A DNA stretch of 20,000 nucleotides from an uncultured virus (IMG/VR IMGVR_UViG_3300037631_003085) (IMGVR_UViG_3300037631_003085), one strand, 5' to 3'. Shown: positions 6,374 through 15,927, numbered from the stretch's first letter. Numbers and translations: made by a program. Notes: generated by a model from the sequence alone, not told the origin.

Positions 6374-9300
6374 ATGTCATTTGACTACACAGGTTCATTT
6401 AGTGGTTCATTTTATGGAGTTATTTCAGCATCCAGCCAGGTTAGCTATACACAAATAACTAATAAACCTACTACTATTTCAGCATTTCAAAAAAATGCTA
6501 TAACCGCTAATAATAGGTTTAGAGAAGTAACATATCCAAATGATTCGGCATCATTCGATAGCAGAATTAATACATTGGAAAATTTAACCGATGATACTGG
6601 TTCTGATTCTCAAACTCTTTCGTTTAATCAAGCAAGTAATGAGTTAACAATCACCGAAGGTAATACAGTTGACTTATCCTCACTTTCTGGTGGAGGTGGA
6701 GGTGGTGGTTCATCCATATGGACCACTGTGGATGGTAAATACAAAGTAAGTGCAAATTTAGATGTAACTGGCTCTATTATCGCAACTTCATTTACAGGTT
6801 CGATTGATACATCAAGTATCACAAACTTTGATACCGAAGTATCTCGTTCTGCTGCTGCAAGTGGGTTTGGTACTGGTGGTGGTACATCTGATTTTACACA
6901 ACTTACTAATGTTCCAAGTGGGTTAATTAGTAGTTCAACCCAAATCACATCAGCTGATTTAGACATGGGTGGTAATAAAGTCCTCTTTGGGAATGTTTAT
7001 TCTCAATTATCTGACTTACCAAACGCTGCAAGTTACCATGGTATGTTTGCTCACGTTCACGCAACTGGTAAAGCATATTTTGCTCATGGTGGTAATTGGG
7101 TTGAATTAGCAAACGCAAGTGGTAATATATCATCATCTACACAAGTAGAAGCAATCATAGACAATGTATACATTTCAGCATCTGCTGCCGCAAGTGGATT
7201 CGGTGCAGGTGGTGGTGAGACTTATGCCGAAGGTTTGGGCATAGACATTGTATCTGAAGTAATATCAATTGATACAGCATCCGCACATTTTAGAATAGCA
7301 GTATCTCAATCAGCAGCCAGCTACGGATTTGGTTCCGGTGGAGGTGGTGGAGGTGGTTCATTCGGTGACCCTCCTGTAATTATATCTCATGGATTTACTA
7401 TACCTGAATTCACAGGCAGTAACGCATTTATTGGTCAACTCATAGCAACAGATGTCACTCCTGGTGATACACAAACTTGGGCAGTTCAAGATTCGTATAG
7501 TGATAACTTCTTTGAGGTATCTACTACTGGTGTAGTTAGAGCTACGGCTTCTTCGAGTAGAGCTATGAATACTGATAATACTCCAGGATCAGGTTCACAT
7601 CCATTCTTAATTAAAGTAACCGATGGCCAAAATAATGTAGTTGAAAAAACTATATACATTCGTGTAACCCCAAACTCAGCACCATCTTTTAGAATTGATG
7701 GTGTAAGTGGAAATACAATTACGGCATTTACCGCATCTTTGGATGAATCATCATCTGCTGAAACTAAAACTCAATATAGAGTCTATGTTACGGATGCTGA
7801 TAGTGATGCACTAACAATTAGAACAGGTAGTTTAGGAACTGACCACTTCTCATTTACAATTGGTACGACTGGAGTATCAAAATATATAGACCTTGTTCAA
7901 GTAACAAGTTCTTTAGATTACGAGAGTTTAACGTCATACTCATTTATAATCACCGCATCAGATGCAAATTATGAATTAGGTTACGATGTCGCAAATATAA
8001 CACACCTACCATTCAGAGTAGAGGTAGTTGATAACTTAGGTCCAGGAATACAAAATCAATCGTTATCAGGTTTAAACGAAAACTCATCGGATGGTACTTC
8101 TGTTGGTAGTATTACTGCTACTGATAATAGTAATCCTGCTAATACAATATTGTATAAGGACTTTACATTGGTATCGGCCCATTCTGGAAGTGACATTTCA
8201 AATCCAAATATCACTTCATCACTTGGGGGTACTACATTAACCGACCCTACCGCAGACCCATTCCAAATGAATATTGCAGGGGCTGTTACTCGTAAGTCTT
8301 CAGTATTCTTAAACTCAGATATCGCAAATAGGTATGTGTATAGAGTAAATGTCGGAGATGCTTATAACATAGATTCTGCAAGTGCATTGATTACAATTCC
8401 AATCGCAGACGATGCTGCTTCAAGTATTGGTGTAAATGGTGGTACTTACTATGTCCACGAAGGTGCATTGACTGGAAAAAATTTAACAACCAATTCAAAT
8501 GGATACGCTTCAGGTGATATAACATTTACTTCAGCTGTATCTCAAATGTGGGAAGTTAATAGTGTACCAAGTGGATATGTTAGATTCCAACAAAATAGCG
8601 CAACAAGTTATACGGGTTCAAGTGTAACTCTTGAAGTGGATACTGCTATTAGTGGTAACTTACACTTCGCAGATAGTGACACTGTGGCTATACAAATCAC
8701 TGCATCTGAAACTTCATTTGAAACTACAAAACAATATAGAGACCATACTCTAACGATTACCGATAATAAACCATACGCAATTGTATTTACTGATACATCT
8801 GCTAATCTAAACACAAATGGTGCTAGACCATCAAATATATTAAGTGTAATTTCATTCACGGAACCTCAATTTGGTATTGGTGATACTATTGACCATAGTC
8901 AATTCTCATTTACTGACCCAAGTGGTCAATTAACTGCATCACGAAATAGTGATGCTTATGAAGTAAGTGCTTTAACCAATTTGAGTGGGTCTACTACTTA
9001 CGAGTTTACTGCAAGTATCGCTGATAGTTATGGTAATATCTCAACATCGGGTTCTTCATTTACAATCGTTGAAGCGGGACTTGGTACTCCTGGTGCAAAT
9101 GGTGTATTTTATGTAATCGAATCGGCTGAAACTGGCGATAGTGTTGTTACTAACTCAAATGGTAGAACTGGAACTCAGGCTAAGTTGTCAGTAACATACT
9201 CACCACAATATAATTCAGCAGCAGTTGCATCATTCACATCATCGAATGCACAACTTAGTGTCGCGAGTAATGGTAATGTGAGTGTTGGGACTAACATTAG

Positions 9301-11548
9301 TGGTAGTGGTGATGACTATCCAGGAACAATTAGTTCAAATATTACTTATAGAGACCAATTTGATAACATAGGTAGTGGTTCAGTTAGTATTACTCTAACA
9401 ATCAATAACGCCCCTACAGCCGCAGAACTTACTTCTACAAATAGAAATACCAATCAGGCAACTAATGGTAATCTATTATCCACTATAAAGTGGACTGATA
9501 CTGAAGGTGATGCATTGAATGTATCTTCATTCACTTTAACAGGCACTGGCGCTTCTAACTTATCAAGTTCATATGATGGGTCTAATAACTTTGGATTATA
9601 TGCAAATGGTGACCAATCAGCAGGAACTATCTCGTTTACGGCGAGCATAGAGGATGTACACGGATTCAGAACGGGTGTTTATAAAGATGATATTACAATC
9701 GCACAAGCTGACAATGGTACTCTAACATCTCCTGGTAATTTGTTTATTATTGAATCTGCTACAAATGGTGATGGTATTACAAATACCACAACTGGTATTG
9801 GTACTGCTAAAACTTTGAGTGTAACGTATTCACCAAGTTATGGGTCGCCGGTTGCACAAAACTTTACTTCAGACAACCCATTTATCTCAGTTGGTTCATC
9901 GACTGGTGTACTGACAGTTGGAAATAATATTAGTGGTAGTAGTAATGTAGATGGTTCCACTATTACATCGACCATCGGATGGTCAGACCAATATGGTAAT
10001 CCAAATTCACAACCAATCACAATAAGCGTTACTCCGAATAACGCACCAAGTGTAACAAGTGATACACAAACCACTGCTAATTTAAATACAAACTTAGCGA
10101 TTGATGATGCATTATTAACCACATTAACATGGGGTGATGTTGAGAGTGATTCTTTAAATATCAACACATTTAATTTAAGTGGTACTAACGCATCGAGTCT
10201 TTCGTCATCTTATATTGGTGGTAACTCATTTGAGATTCGTGCAAACGGAGCATTAGCAGCAGGAACATACAATTATAACGCAAATGTTAAAGATGTACAT
10301 GGATTTAACCAAGGAGTATACTCTGACGCAATTACCATATCACAAGCAGGTGGTGGTAGTTTAAGTGTAAGTTCATTTAACATAATAGAATCCGCACTAA
10401 GTGGTTCTAATATCACAACTGATACTGATGGAATAGGTTCAGCCGCACAACTATCTGTAAATTATTCTCCAGATTATGGAAGTCAATCCGAGCAAAATTT
10501 TGCAACTGTTAGTTCGCTTGTACACGTAACTTCAACTGGTATATTAACTATTGAAGATAATGTAAGTGGTTCATACGCAAATGGAGCAAACTTCACGGCA
10601 CCTATAACATGGACTGACCAATATGGAAACGCAGGAGCAGAGACTATAACAATTGAAGTTAGAAATAATGTAAACCCAAGTGTAACATTTGCTAGTAATG
10701 AAACTGTAAACGCACCTCTTTCGGCCGGTACTAAGTTGGGGTCATTTACTATAAGTGATACTGAAAACGATACACCATTTAGCGCGTCTATTAGTGGTAG
10801 AGACGCATCTAAGGTAGCATTGGACTCACAAAATGTAAACTCATCTTCATACTTTATTAACGCCGCTGACAATTCAGTTACAAGTCAAGCTGATTTACAT
10901 TACATGGTCTCAGTTAACGATGCATATGGTGAGGATTTTGTCCACACCCCAAGAACATCATCAATTGGAGCAGTTCCAGCAGCAGCCCCAATTGTTTATA
11001 TTTATGATATTGGGTTGTCTTCTACAAACTACAATAATACTCTTGGATATTCAGCCGCAACAAACGTAGTTCCTTCAACATTATCAACCGCTACTGTATA
11101 TAGTGGATTCGGATTTGCTGATATAATACAATCAAGTTTGGGTGGAACAAGTCTATCTTATAGTTTTGGTAGTTCTTATACAGCAACTTTGTTGAATTCC
11201 AAATCAATGACTGACTTATATGATATTAGCGAATCCTTTGGTAGAATGAATAAGAATTCAGGACACCGTGTCGCTATAATTATCCCAAGTGGGTCTTCGA
11301 TGAGTAATGTACCTACAATTATGGGCGATGGTTACAATTCAAATGGTTATTCTAACTTAGAGGTAGCTGTTGACAACGCAAATATAGGTAGTGGATTAGG
11401 TACTACTGAACAAAGTTATATACACAAGATAACCTTAGATTCAGCAGTAAATGGATTTGATGATTATATTATAATATCAACAGTAAATCCAGTAGCCGGT
11501 TCATCAAATATATTATTAGACATTAGACCTGATAATTCTACACCATAA
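6374..11548 (+). CDS. Large virion structural/adhesin-like protein with cadherin-like/Ig-like repeats (1724 aa)
   Basis: Cadherin-type motifs (FTIPE...IGQLIATD; TDADSD; LDYESLTSYSFIITASD; LNENSSDGTSVGSITATD; NNAP; DTEGDAL), S/T/G-rich composition, Gly-rich linkers and four internal repeats of about 210-220 aa. Confidence 0.8.
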   Translation: MSFDYTGSFSGSFYGVISASSQVSYTQITNKPTTISAFQKNAITANNRFREVTYPNDSASFDSRINTLENLTDDTGSDSQTLSFNQASNELTITEGNTVDLSSLSGGGGGGGSSIWTTVDGKYKVSANLDVTGSIIATSFTGSIDTSSITNFDTEVSRSAAASGFGTGGGTSDFTQLTNVPSGLISSSTQITSADLDMGGNKVLFGNVYSQLSDLPNAASYHGMFAHVHATGKAYFAHGGNWVELANASGNISSSTQVEAIIDNVYISASAAASGFGAGGGETYAEGLGIDIVSEVISIDTASAHFRIAVSQSAASYGFGSGGGGGGGSFGDPPVIISHGFTIPEFTGSNAFIGQLIATDVTPGDTQTWAVQDSYSDNFFEVSTTGVVRATASSSRAMNTDNTPGSGSHPFLIKVTDGQNNVVEKTIYIRVTPNSAPSFRIDGVSGNTITAFTASLDESSSAETKTQYRVYVTDADSDALTIRTGSLGTDHFSFTIGTTGVSKYIDLVQVTSSLDYESLTSYSFIITASDANYELGYDVANITHLPFRVEVVDNLGPGIQNQSLSGLNENSSDGTSVGSITATDNSNPANTILYKDFTLVSAHSGSDISNPNITSSLGGTTLTDPTADPFQMNIAGAVTRKSSVFLNSDIANRYVYRVNVGDAYNIDSASALITIPIADDAASSIGVNGGTYYVHEGALTGKNLTTNSNGYASGDITFTSAVSQMWEVNSVPSGYVRFQQNSATSYTGSSVTLEVDTAISGNLHFADSDTVAIQITASETSFETTKQYRDHTLTITDNKPYAIVFTDTSANLNTNGARPSNILSVISFTEPQFGIGDTIDHSQFSFTDPSGQLTASRNSDAYEVSALTNLSGSTTYEFTASIADSYGNISTSGSSFTIVEAGLGTPGANGVFYVIESAETGDSVVTNSNGRTGTQAKLSVTYSPQYNSAAVASFTSSNAQLSVASNGNVSVGTNISGSGDDYPGTISSNITYRDQFDNIGSGSVSITLTINNAPTAAELTSTNRNTNQATNGNLLSTIKWTDTEGDALNVSSFTLTGTGASNLSSSYDGSNNFGLYANGDQSAGTISFTASIEDVHGFRTGVYKDDITIAQADNGTLTSPGNLFIIESATNGDGITNTTTGIGTAKTLSVTYSPSYGSPVAQNFTSDNPFISVGSSTGVLTVGNNISGSSNVDGSTITSTIGWSDQYGNPNSQPITISVTPNNAPSVTSDTQTTANLNTNLAIDDALLTTLTWGDVESDSLNINTFNLSGTNASSLSSSYIGGNSFEIRANGALAAGTYNYNANVKDVHGFNQGVYSDAITISQAGGGSLSVSSFNIIESALSGSNITTDTDGIGSAAQLSVNYSPDYGSQSEQNFATVSSLVHVTSTGILTIEDNVSGSYANGANFTAPITWTDQYGNAGAETITIEVRNNVNPSVTFASNETVNAPLSAGTKLGSFTISDTENDTPFSASISGRDASKVALDSQNVNSSSYFINAADNSVTSQADLHYMVSVNDAYGEDFVHTPRTSSIGAVPAAAPIVYIYDIGLSSTNYNNTLGYSAATNVVPSTLSTATVYSGFGFADIIQSSLGGTSLSYSFGSSYTATLLNSKSMTDLYDISESFGRMNKNSGHRVAIIIPSGSSMSNVPTIMGDGYNSNGYSNLEVAVDNANIGSGLGTTEQSYIHKITLDSAVNGFDDYIIISTVNPVAGSSNILLDIRPDNSTP
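8440..10960 (+). repeat. Four degenerate repeats of about 211-220 aa inside the 1724-aa protein (boundaries approximate)
   Basis: The anchor Glu codon of YYVHEGA / FYVIESA / FIIESA / NIIESA lies at 8459, 9119, 9752 and 10388 (spacings 660, 633, 636). Repeats 2-4 share LSV.YSP.Y.S and DQ(F/Y).N. Confidence 0.8.
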
Positions 11549-11562
11549 TAGGAGATAATTAA

Positions 11563-12216
11563 ATGCCAGCAATTACAAGTAAATTAGTCTTATCATCAGC
11601 CGCCCAATCAGCAAATACTGTATTAGCTGATATTGGTTTAATAAAAGGTGCGTTATATGGTGTAAGTACTTTTAGCGATTTGGGAAACATTCACTCTAAC
11701 TATGTTGAAGATGGGCAGTTGATGTTTGTCCAAGATGTATCAAAATTTTATTCGTTAACAATCACTGCGGCAAATCCACCAGTTACATTTACTGATACCT
11801 TTACTTGGAATGAAGTAACACTCGGAGCAAGTGGAGCACTTACCGCAGATGATACGGGTTCGTTTATTCTAGCATCACAAACTGGCTCATTCTTAACTTC
11901 CGCAGATACGGGATCGTTTATTCTAGCATCACAAACCTCATCAATGTCGGTTGCTACATCATCATTTATTTCAGATTCATTCATATCAGCATCTGCTGCA
12001 AGAAGTGGGTTTGGTTCTGGTGGTAGTGGTGGTAGTGGAATATTCACACAAGTAGGTTCCGATTATACAACAACTAATAATCTTCAAATTACTGGATCTG
12101 TAACTGTAAATAATGGGTTATTTAAATTAACGGAGTTCACAACACTACCAAATGTAGAAGAAGGTGCAATGGCATATTCAGCATCTAATTTTTACTTTGG
12201 TATTGGTGATGTTTAA
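11563..12216 (+). CDS. Hypothetical virion structural protein, 217 aa
   Basis: AGGAG SD. Shares ISASAA.SGFG.GG and GGS.I(F/W)T...Y....NL..TGS modules with the 6374 protein. Confidence 0.8.
   Translation: MPAITSKLVLSSAAQSANTVLADIGLIKGALYGVSTFSDLGNIHSNYVEDGQLMFVQDVSKFYSLTITAANPPVTFTDTFTWNEVTLGASGALTADDTGSFILASQTGSFLTSADTGSFILASQTSSMSVATSSFISDSFISASAARSGFGSGGSGGSGIFTQVGSDYTTTNNLQITGSVTVNNGLFKLTEFTTLPNVEEGAMAYSASNFYFGIGDV
11851..11936 (+). repeat. In-frame direct repeat, 32 bp (31/32 identical), period 54 bp
   Basis: GATACGGG(T/A)TCGTTTATTCTAGCATCACAAAC at 11851 and 11905, encoding DTGSFILASQT twice. Confidence 0.9.
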
Positions 12217-12227
12217 AATAATAAAAA

Positions 12228-12237
12228 CATACTTATA
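12228..12237 (+). promoter_or_regulatory. Putative late-promoter motif (CATACTTATA)
   Basis: Identical to 5606-5615, intergenic. Confidence 0.55.
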
Positions 12238-12315
12238 ATAAGAAAATAAATTTTAAAAAAGTTACATCGATATATCAATTAATTGTATTAATACAAAAAC
12301 AAAGGAAAATTAATT

Positions 12316-13410
12316 ATGGCAACATGGAAAAAGGTCATTGTATCCGGTAGTAATATCTCGGATTTAAAAAATGACTCAAATTATTTATCAAGCGCAGGTG
12401 ATGGAATTATATCAGCATCATCTGTAAGTTCTACCGCTCAAGGTGAGTTTACCTCATCATTCAATGGTGTACTAACTGAACTTAACTTAGGATTAACATC
12501 AACTGATGATGTTCAATTCAACTCTGTAACTGCATCAATTCAAGGTAATGTTGTTGGTGATGTAGTTGGTAATCTAACTGGTACTGCATCTTATGTAGAT
12601 GGTGATGATGTTAACTTCGATGCGACTGGTAATGGTCAAACTGCAACTGAGTTCTCTGCATCTATCTCAGGTCGTATCTTAGGTCTTGAACAAGGACAAT
12701 ATGACTTAGAGTTCTCTGGTTCGACTGGAGATGGTACAATTACTGATGCTGAACACCTTAGTATCTTAGGTGGTACAAACGTAGATACAGTAGCAGCCGG
12801 TAACAGCCTTACTATTAACTTGGATGATACTATTAGTCTAAGTCAAGTAACTGCATCTATCGTATCTGCAAGTAATGGGTTTATTGGTGACTTAACAGGT
12901 GATGTAACGGGTAATGCTGACACTGCGACTACCTCATCTTATGTAGCTGCATCTTCACCATCACAAGGTACAGTAACAATTACTGGTAACGACATTGACT
13001 TGGGTCTTCAAGTAGCTGATTCGCCTGTATTCGCCGATTTAAGACTTACGGGTAATCTTACAGTTGAAGGTACAAGAACTGAATTGAACGTAGCAAACTT
13101 GAACGTAGAAGACGCATTCATTTTATTGAATTCTGGTTCAGCTAGTGGTGATACCGGTATCATTTTCGGTGGTGCTAACACTACTAATATCAATACTGGT
13201 TCAGCTATATTCTATGATGATAGTGATTCAGTATTTTCTTACGCTGCAGATGTTGAAGCGGGTGACGTTACAGCAACAGCTGCATCTAAATTAGGTAACA
13301 TCCAAGTAATGGCTGGTGCTGGTTCTCATAATATGGCCGCAGCAACATTCCAAGGTGTGGGTACTATCGCTGTAGATAATGGTGAGTGTATTTGGATTCA
13401 AACAGCGTAA
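12316..13410 (+). CDS. Fibre-like virion structural protein, 364 aa; paralog of 14020
   Basis: N-terminus MATWKKVIVSGS, G(N/D)(V/L)(V/T)G repeats, and an LTGNLTVEG...LNVED.FI.LNSGS module typical of phage fibre proteins. Confidence 0.78.
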   Translation: MATWKKVIVSGSNISDLKNDSNYLSSAGDGIISASSVSSTAQGEFTSSFNGVLTELNLGLTSTDDVQFNSVTASIQGNVVGDVVGNLTGTASYVDGDDVNFDATGNGQTATEFSASISGRILGLEQGQYDLEFSGSTGDGTITDAEHLSILGGTNVDTVAAGNSLTINLDDTISLSQVTASIVSASNGFIGDLTGDVTGNADTATTSSYVAASSPSQGTVTITGNDIDLGLQVADSPVFADLRLTGNLTVEGTRTELNVANLNVEDAFILLNSGSASGDTGIIFGGANTTNINTGSAIFYDDSDSVFSYAADVEAGDVTATAASKLGNIQVMAGAGSHNMAAATFQGVGTIAVDNGECIWIQTA

Positions 13411-13435
13411 TTTATTAATGTTGAAAAGGTTATAT

Positions 13436-13630
13436 ATGAGTTTACATAAAAAGTTGGGATTGTCCAACAATAAAACTCAAAATGATAAAGAGGGAACCCT
13501 CAAGCTCACTAAGGGTGAGCTTGAGTCCCTTCTTATCGGATTGGGTGAAGCTTCATTTAAAGGTAAGCAAGTTGAGTCAGTATTCAAACTAGCTATGAAG
13601 ATTCAAAACGAAATTAAAAAATTAAGTTAA
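13436..13630 (+). CDS. Small hypothetical protein, 64 aa (possible fibre-associated protein or chaperone)
   Basis: Start moved to ATG 13436 (AAAAGGT upstream, no overlap with the previous gene). Resembles the next ORF. Confidence 0.72.
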   Translation: MSLHKKLGLSNNKTQNDKEGTLKLTKGELESLLIGLGEASFKGKQVESVFKLAMKIQNEIKKLS

Positions 13631-13637
13631 TTTAATT

Positions 13638-13829
13638 ATGAAAAGTTACGAAGGATTAAATGCAAGTGATTGGAAGATAGTCCAAATTGCATTAAACAAA
13701 ATGGAAATTCGTGGTAAGGAAGCGCCTATAATCACAGGTATAATGGCAAAAGTTCAAATGGAACTTGAATTATTAGAATTACCCGTAAGTGAACGCCCTA
13801 AAAAGGGTGACATCATTACAAAGGAATAA
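13638..13829 (+). CDS. Small hypothetical protein, 63 aa (probable paralog of 13436)
   Basis: Starts 7 nt after the previous stop and is followed directly by a terminator. Confidence 0.72.
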   Translation: MKSYEGLNASDWKIVQIALNKMEIRGKEAPIITGIMAKVQMELELLELPVSERPKKGDIITKE

Positions 13830-13835
13830 TTTAAG

Positions 13836-13864
13836 AATCCTCTACAAAAGTAGGGGATTTTTTT
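13836..13864 (+). terminator. Rho-independent terminator
   Basis: AATCCTCTAC-AAAA-GTAGGGGATT (10 bp, one G-U) followed by TTTTT. Confidence 0.85.
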
Positions 13865-13923
13865 ATTATAAACCAATCTACTACCAAATCTGAATTATCT
13901 ATGTGGTTTTTATTTTATAGTAA

Positions 13924-13933
13924 ACTATTTATA
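13924..13933 (+). promoter_or_regulatory. Putative late-promoter motif (ACTATTTATA)
   Basis: Same 10-mer as at 2381 and 6331, downstream of a terminator. Confidence 0.55.
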
Positions 13934-13953
13934 AGAGATTAATCAAACATAAA

Positions 13954-14011
13954 CCTGGTTGTTGGCTCGAAAGAGAAGTGGGCATGAAAATGTTACCAAC
14001 CGCAAATTAGG
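13954..14011 (+). ncRNA. Candidate cis-regulatory structured leader RNA (three-way junction with two GAAA tetraloops)
   Basis: GUUGG/CCAAC closes two hairpins, CUC-GAAA-GAG and GGCAU-GAAA-AUGUU. An outer stem CCUGGUU/AAUUAGG is also possible. The segment is GC-rich within an AT-rich spacer. Folded by eye only. Confidence 0.5.
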
Positions 14012-14019
14012 AAAAGGAT

Positions 14020-15927
14020 ATGCCGAATTGGAAAAAAGTCATCACTTCCGGTAGTGATGCAATTTTAAATCAAATTACATCATCAGGTGGAATAAACTCC
14101 ACCGATATTACAATCAATGATTGGGGAAGTGTATCAGCTTCATTAGCATCATTGGATACATTAACCTATGGTGATTCTGATGTCAAACTCAAATTAAATA
14201 CTGAAGGTGTACTTAGTGGGTCTACATTCTCATCACCATCTCAAGGTACTGTTAGAGCTACCATAAATGGTGTTAATTCTGATGTAGATACTGGCTTACA
14301 ATCCGCAGATTCACCTACATTTGATAGTTTAACATTAACAGGTGACCTTACAGTATTAGGTAGTAAAGTAGACCTACAAGTAGCTGAACTTAATGTTCAA
14401 GATAAATTTATAAAAATAGCAAGTGGGTCAGCTAATCCTACGGCCGCTAACGGTGCAGGTATTTATATTGATGGGGCTGATGTGTCTTTACATTGGTCTA
14501 GTACCAATAGTAGATTTCAATTTGACGATGACCTACATACAGCAGCAACTCTTAACATTGGTAACGTAAACCACGCAACAACTGATACTGACAAGTTTTT
14601 GGTATTAGACTCTAATGGTGACGTAGACTATCGTACCGGCACTGAGGTCCTTTCAGATATTGGTGGTACTGGTGCTTCTAACCTTAGTGGTGCAGCAACT
14701 GAGATTCCATTCTTTAGTTCAACAAGTGCTATAACGAGTTCAGTTCGGTTAAAGTTAAATAAAAATATAACTACCGGTGATGTGTTAGTACACCATGGTC
14801 AGTTTAATGTAATCAATGACCCAAGTGTTTCGGGAACATCTGCAATGCAGATTATTGTGGGTTCTGGTTCAAGTGGTGATGTTTCAAATCCACAATATGA
14901 TTCGTTCCTATCAATGGAACAAGAAAGTGCTACCATAGTAGGTCTTAGAGCACATGGTACAACACCAACATCAGCTCAAATTAAAATGAGAACTGATGTT
15001 AGTGATGCTTATTCGATTGGTAGACTAACAAACCCATATGGTGCAAATACTCTTAGAATAAAACCAGCTATTATTGCTGAAGGTGGTCTTTCTATAACTG
15101 GATCATTAACTATATCGGGTTCTAATACATTAAAAAATATCGGACCAGCACAATTTAGTGGTTCGGTTAATATTAAAACAGATAAGCAAGTACAAGCAAC
15201 AACTGATACTGACAAGTTTGTTGTATTGGATGGTGACCAACTTAAATATAGAAGTGGTACGCAATTATATGATGATATAGGTGTTACTTCACTATCATCA
15301 TCAATTGCAAGTGATATTGCTGGGCTTGATGCTGCTAGTGGTAATTACGTTATAAATGATACTGGAGCATCATCTAATAGATTAGCTATTTGGTCTAATA
15401 CTGCCCGAATTAAAGGTGATTCTGCTTTTAAAATCCTCGAAAATAAATATGGTCAAGGTTTTCAATTTGACCAATGGGGTGGTAACCAAGTTGATACACT
15501 TAAATCACCGGCCTTCAAAGGGAATGGTTTGGAACTTGGAGATAATATCCCTGGAACCCCAGCACCATTCACAGCGTCTCTCACAATTCATACAAATCAC
15601 GGAAACACTAGCAACTCAGTAGAAAAAACAGCTGAAGGTCATCAGTATGGAGTAGGCACTCATGTAATTTATCAAAAAGTGGGTTCGTCTTTCCATATAC
15701 ATTACAATATTTCAGAGGGTAGTGCAATGCGTTCTGGACAATTAACTATTGTTGTTAGTGGTAACGAGGTAGCGATGACCGAATATAGTACAACTGATAT
15801 TGGAACTGGAAGTTCAAGTCCAGCTCAATTCTCAGCAACAGCATCTAACGGTGTGTTAACATTATCGATAACATCCGCCGGTGGTGGAACTATTTTGTTT
15901 AACGTAGAACGTATGTATAGTATATAA
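14020..15927 (+). CDS. Tail-fibre-like virion structural protein, 635 aa
   Basis: N-terminus MPNWKKVITSGS, a module of about 65 aa shared with 12316, two TDTDKF.VLD modules, S/G/T-rich. Confidence 0.8.
   Translation: MPNWKKVITSGSDAILNQITSSGGINSTDITINDWGSVSASLASLDTLTYGDSDVKLKLNTEGVLSGSTFSSPSQGTVRATINGVNSDVDTGLQSADSPTFDSLTLTGDLTVLGSKVDLQVAELNVQDKFIKIASGSANPTAANGAGIYIDGADVSLHWSSTNSRFQFDDDLHTAATLNIGNVNHATTDTDKFLVLDSNGDVDYRTGTEVLSDIGGTGASNLSGAATEIPFFSSTSAITSSVRLKLNKNITTGDVLVHHGQFNVINDPSVSGTSAMQIIVGSGSSGDVSNPQYDSFLSMEQESATIVGLRAHGTTPTSAQIKMRTDVSDAYSIGRLTNPYGANTLRIKPAIIAEGGLSITGSLTISGSNTLKNIGPAQFSGSVNIKTDKQVQATTDTDKFVVLDGDQLKYRSGTQLYDDIGVTSLSSSIASDIAGLDAASGNYVINDTGASSNRLAIWSNTARIKGDSAFKILENKYGQGFQFDQWGGNQVDTLKSPAFKGNGLELGDNIPGTPAPFTASLTIHTNHGNTSNSVEKTAEGHQYGVGTHVIYQKVGSSFHIHYNISEGSAMRSGQLTIVVSGNEVAMTEYSTTDIGTGSSSPAQFSATASNGVLTLSITSAGGGTILFNVERMYSI

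Noticed and set aside
12283..12296. Perfect 14-bp palindrome TTGTATTAATACAA upstream of 12316
   Set aside because: Almost entirely A/T in a very AT-rich spacer, and I saw no second copy, so chance cannot be excluded.
13379..13435. Longer start for the 13379..13630 ORF
   Set aside because: It overlaps the upstream gene. ATG 13436 has an SD-like AAGGT and gives a length matching its paralog.
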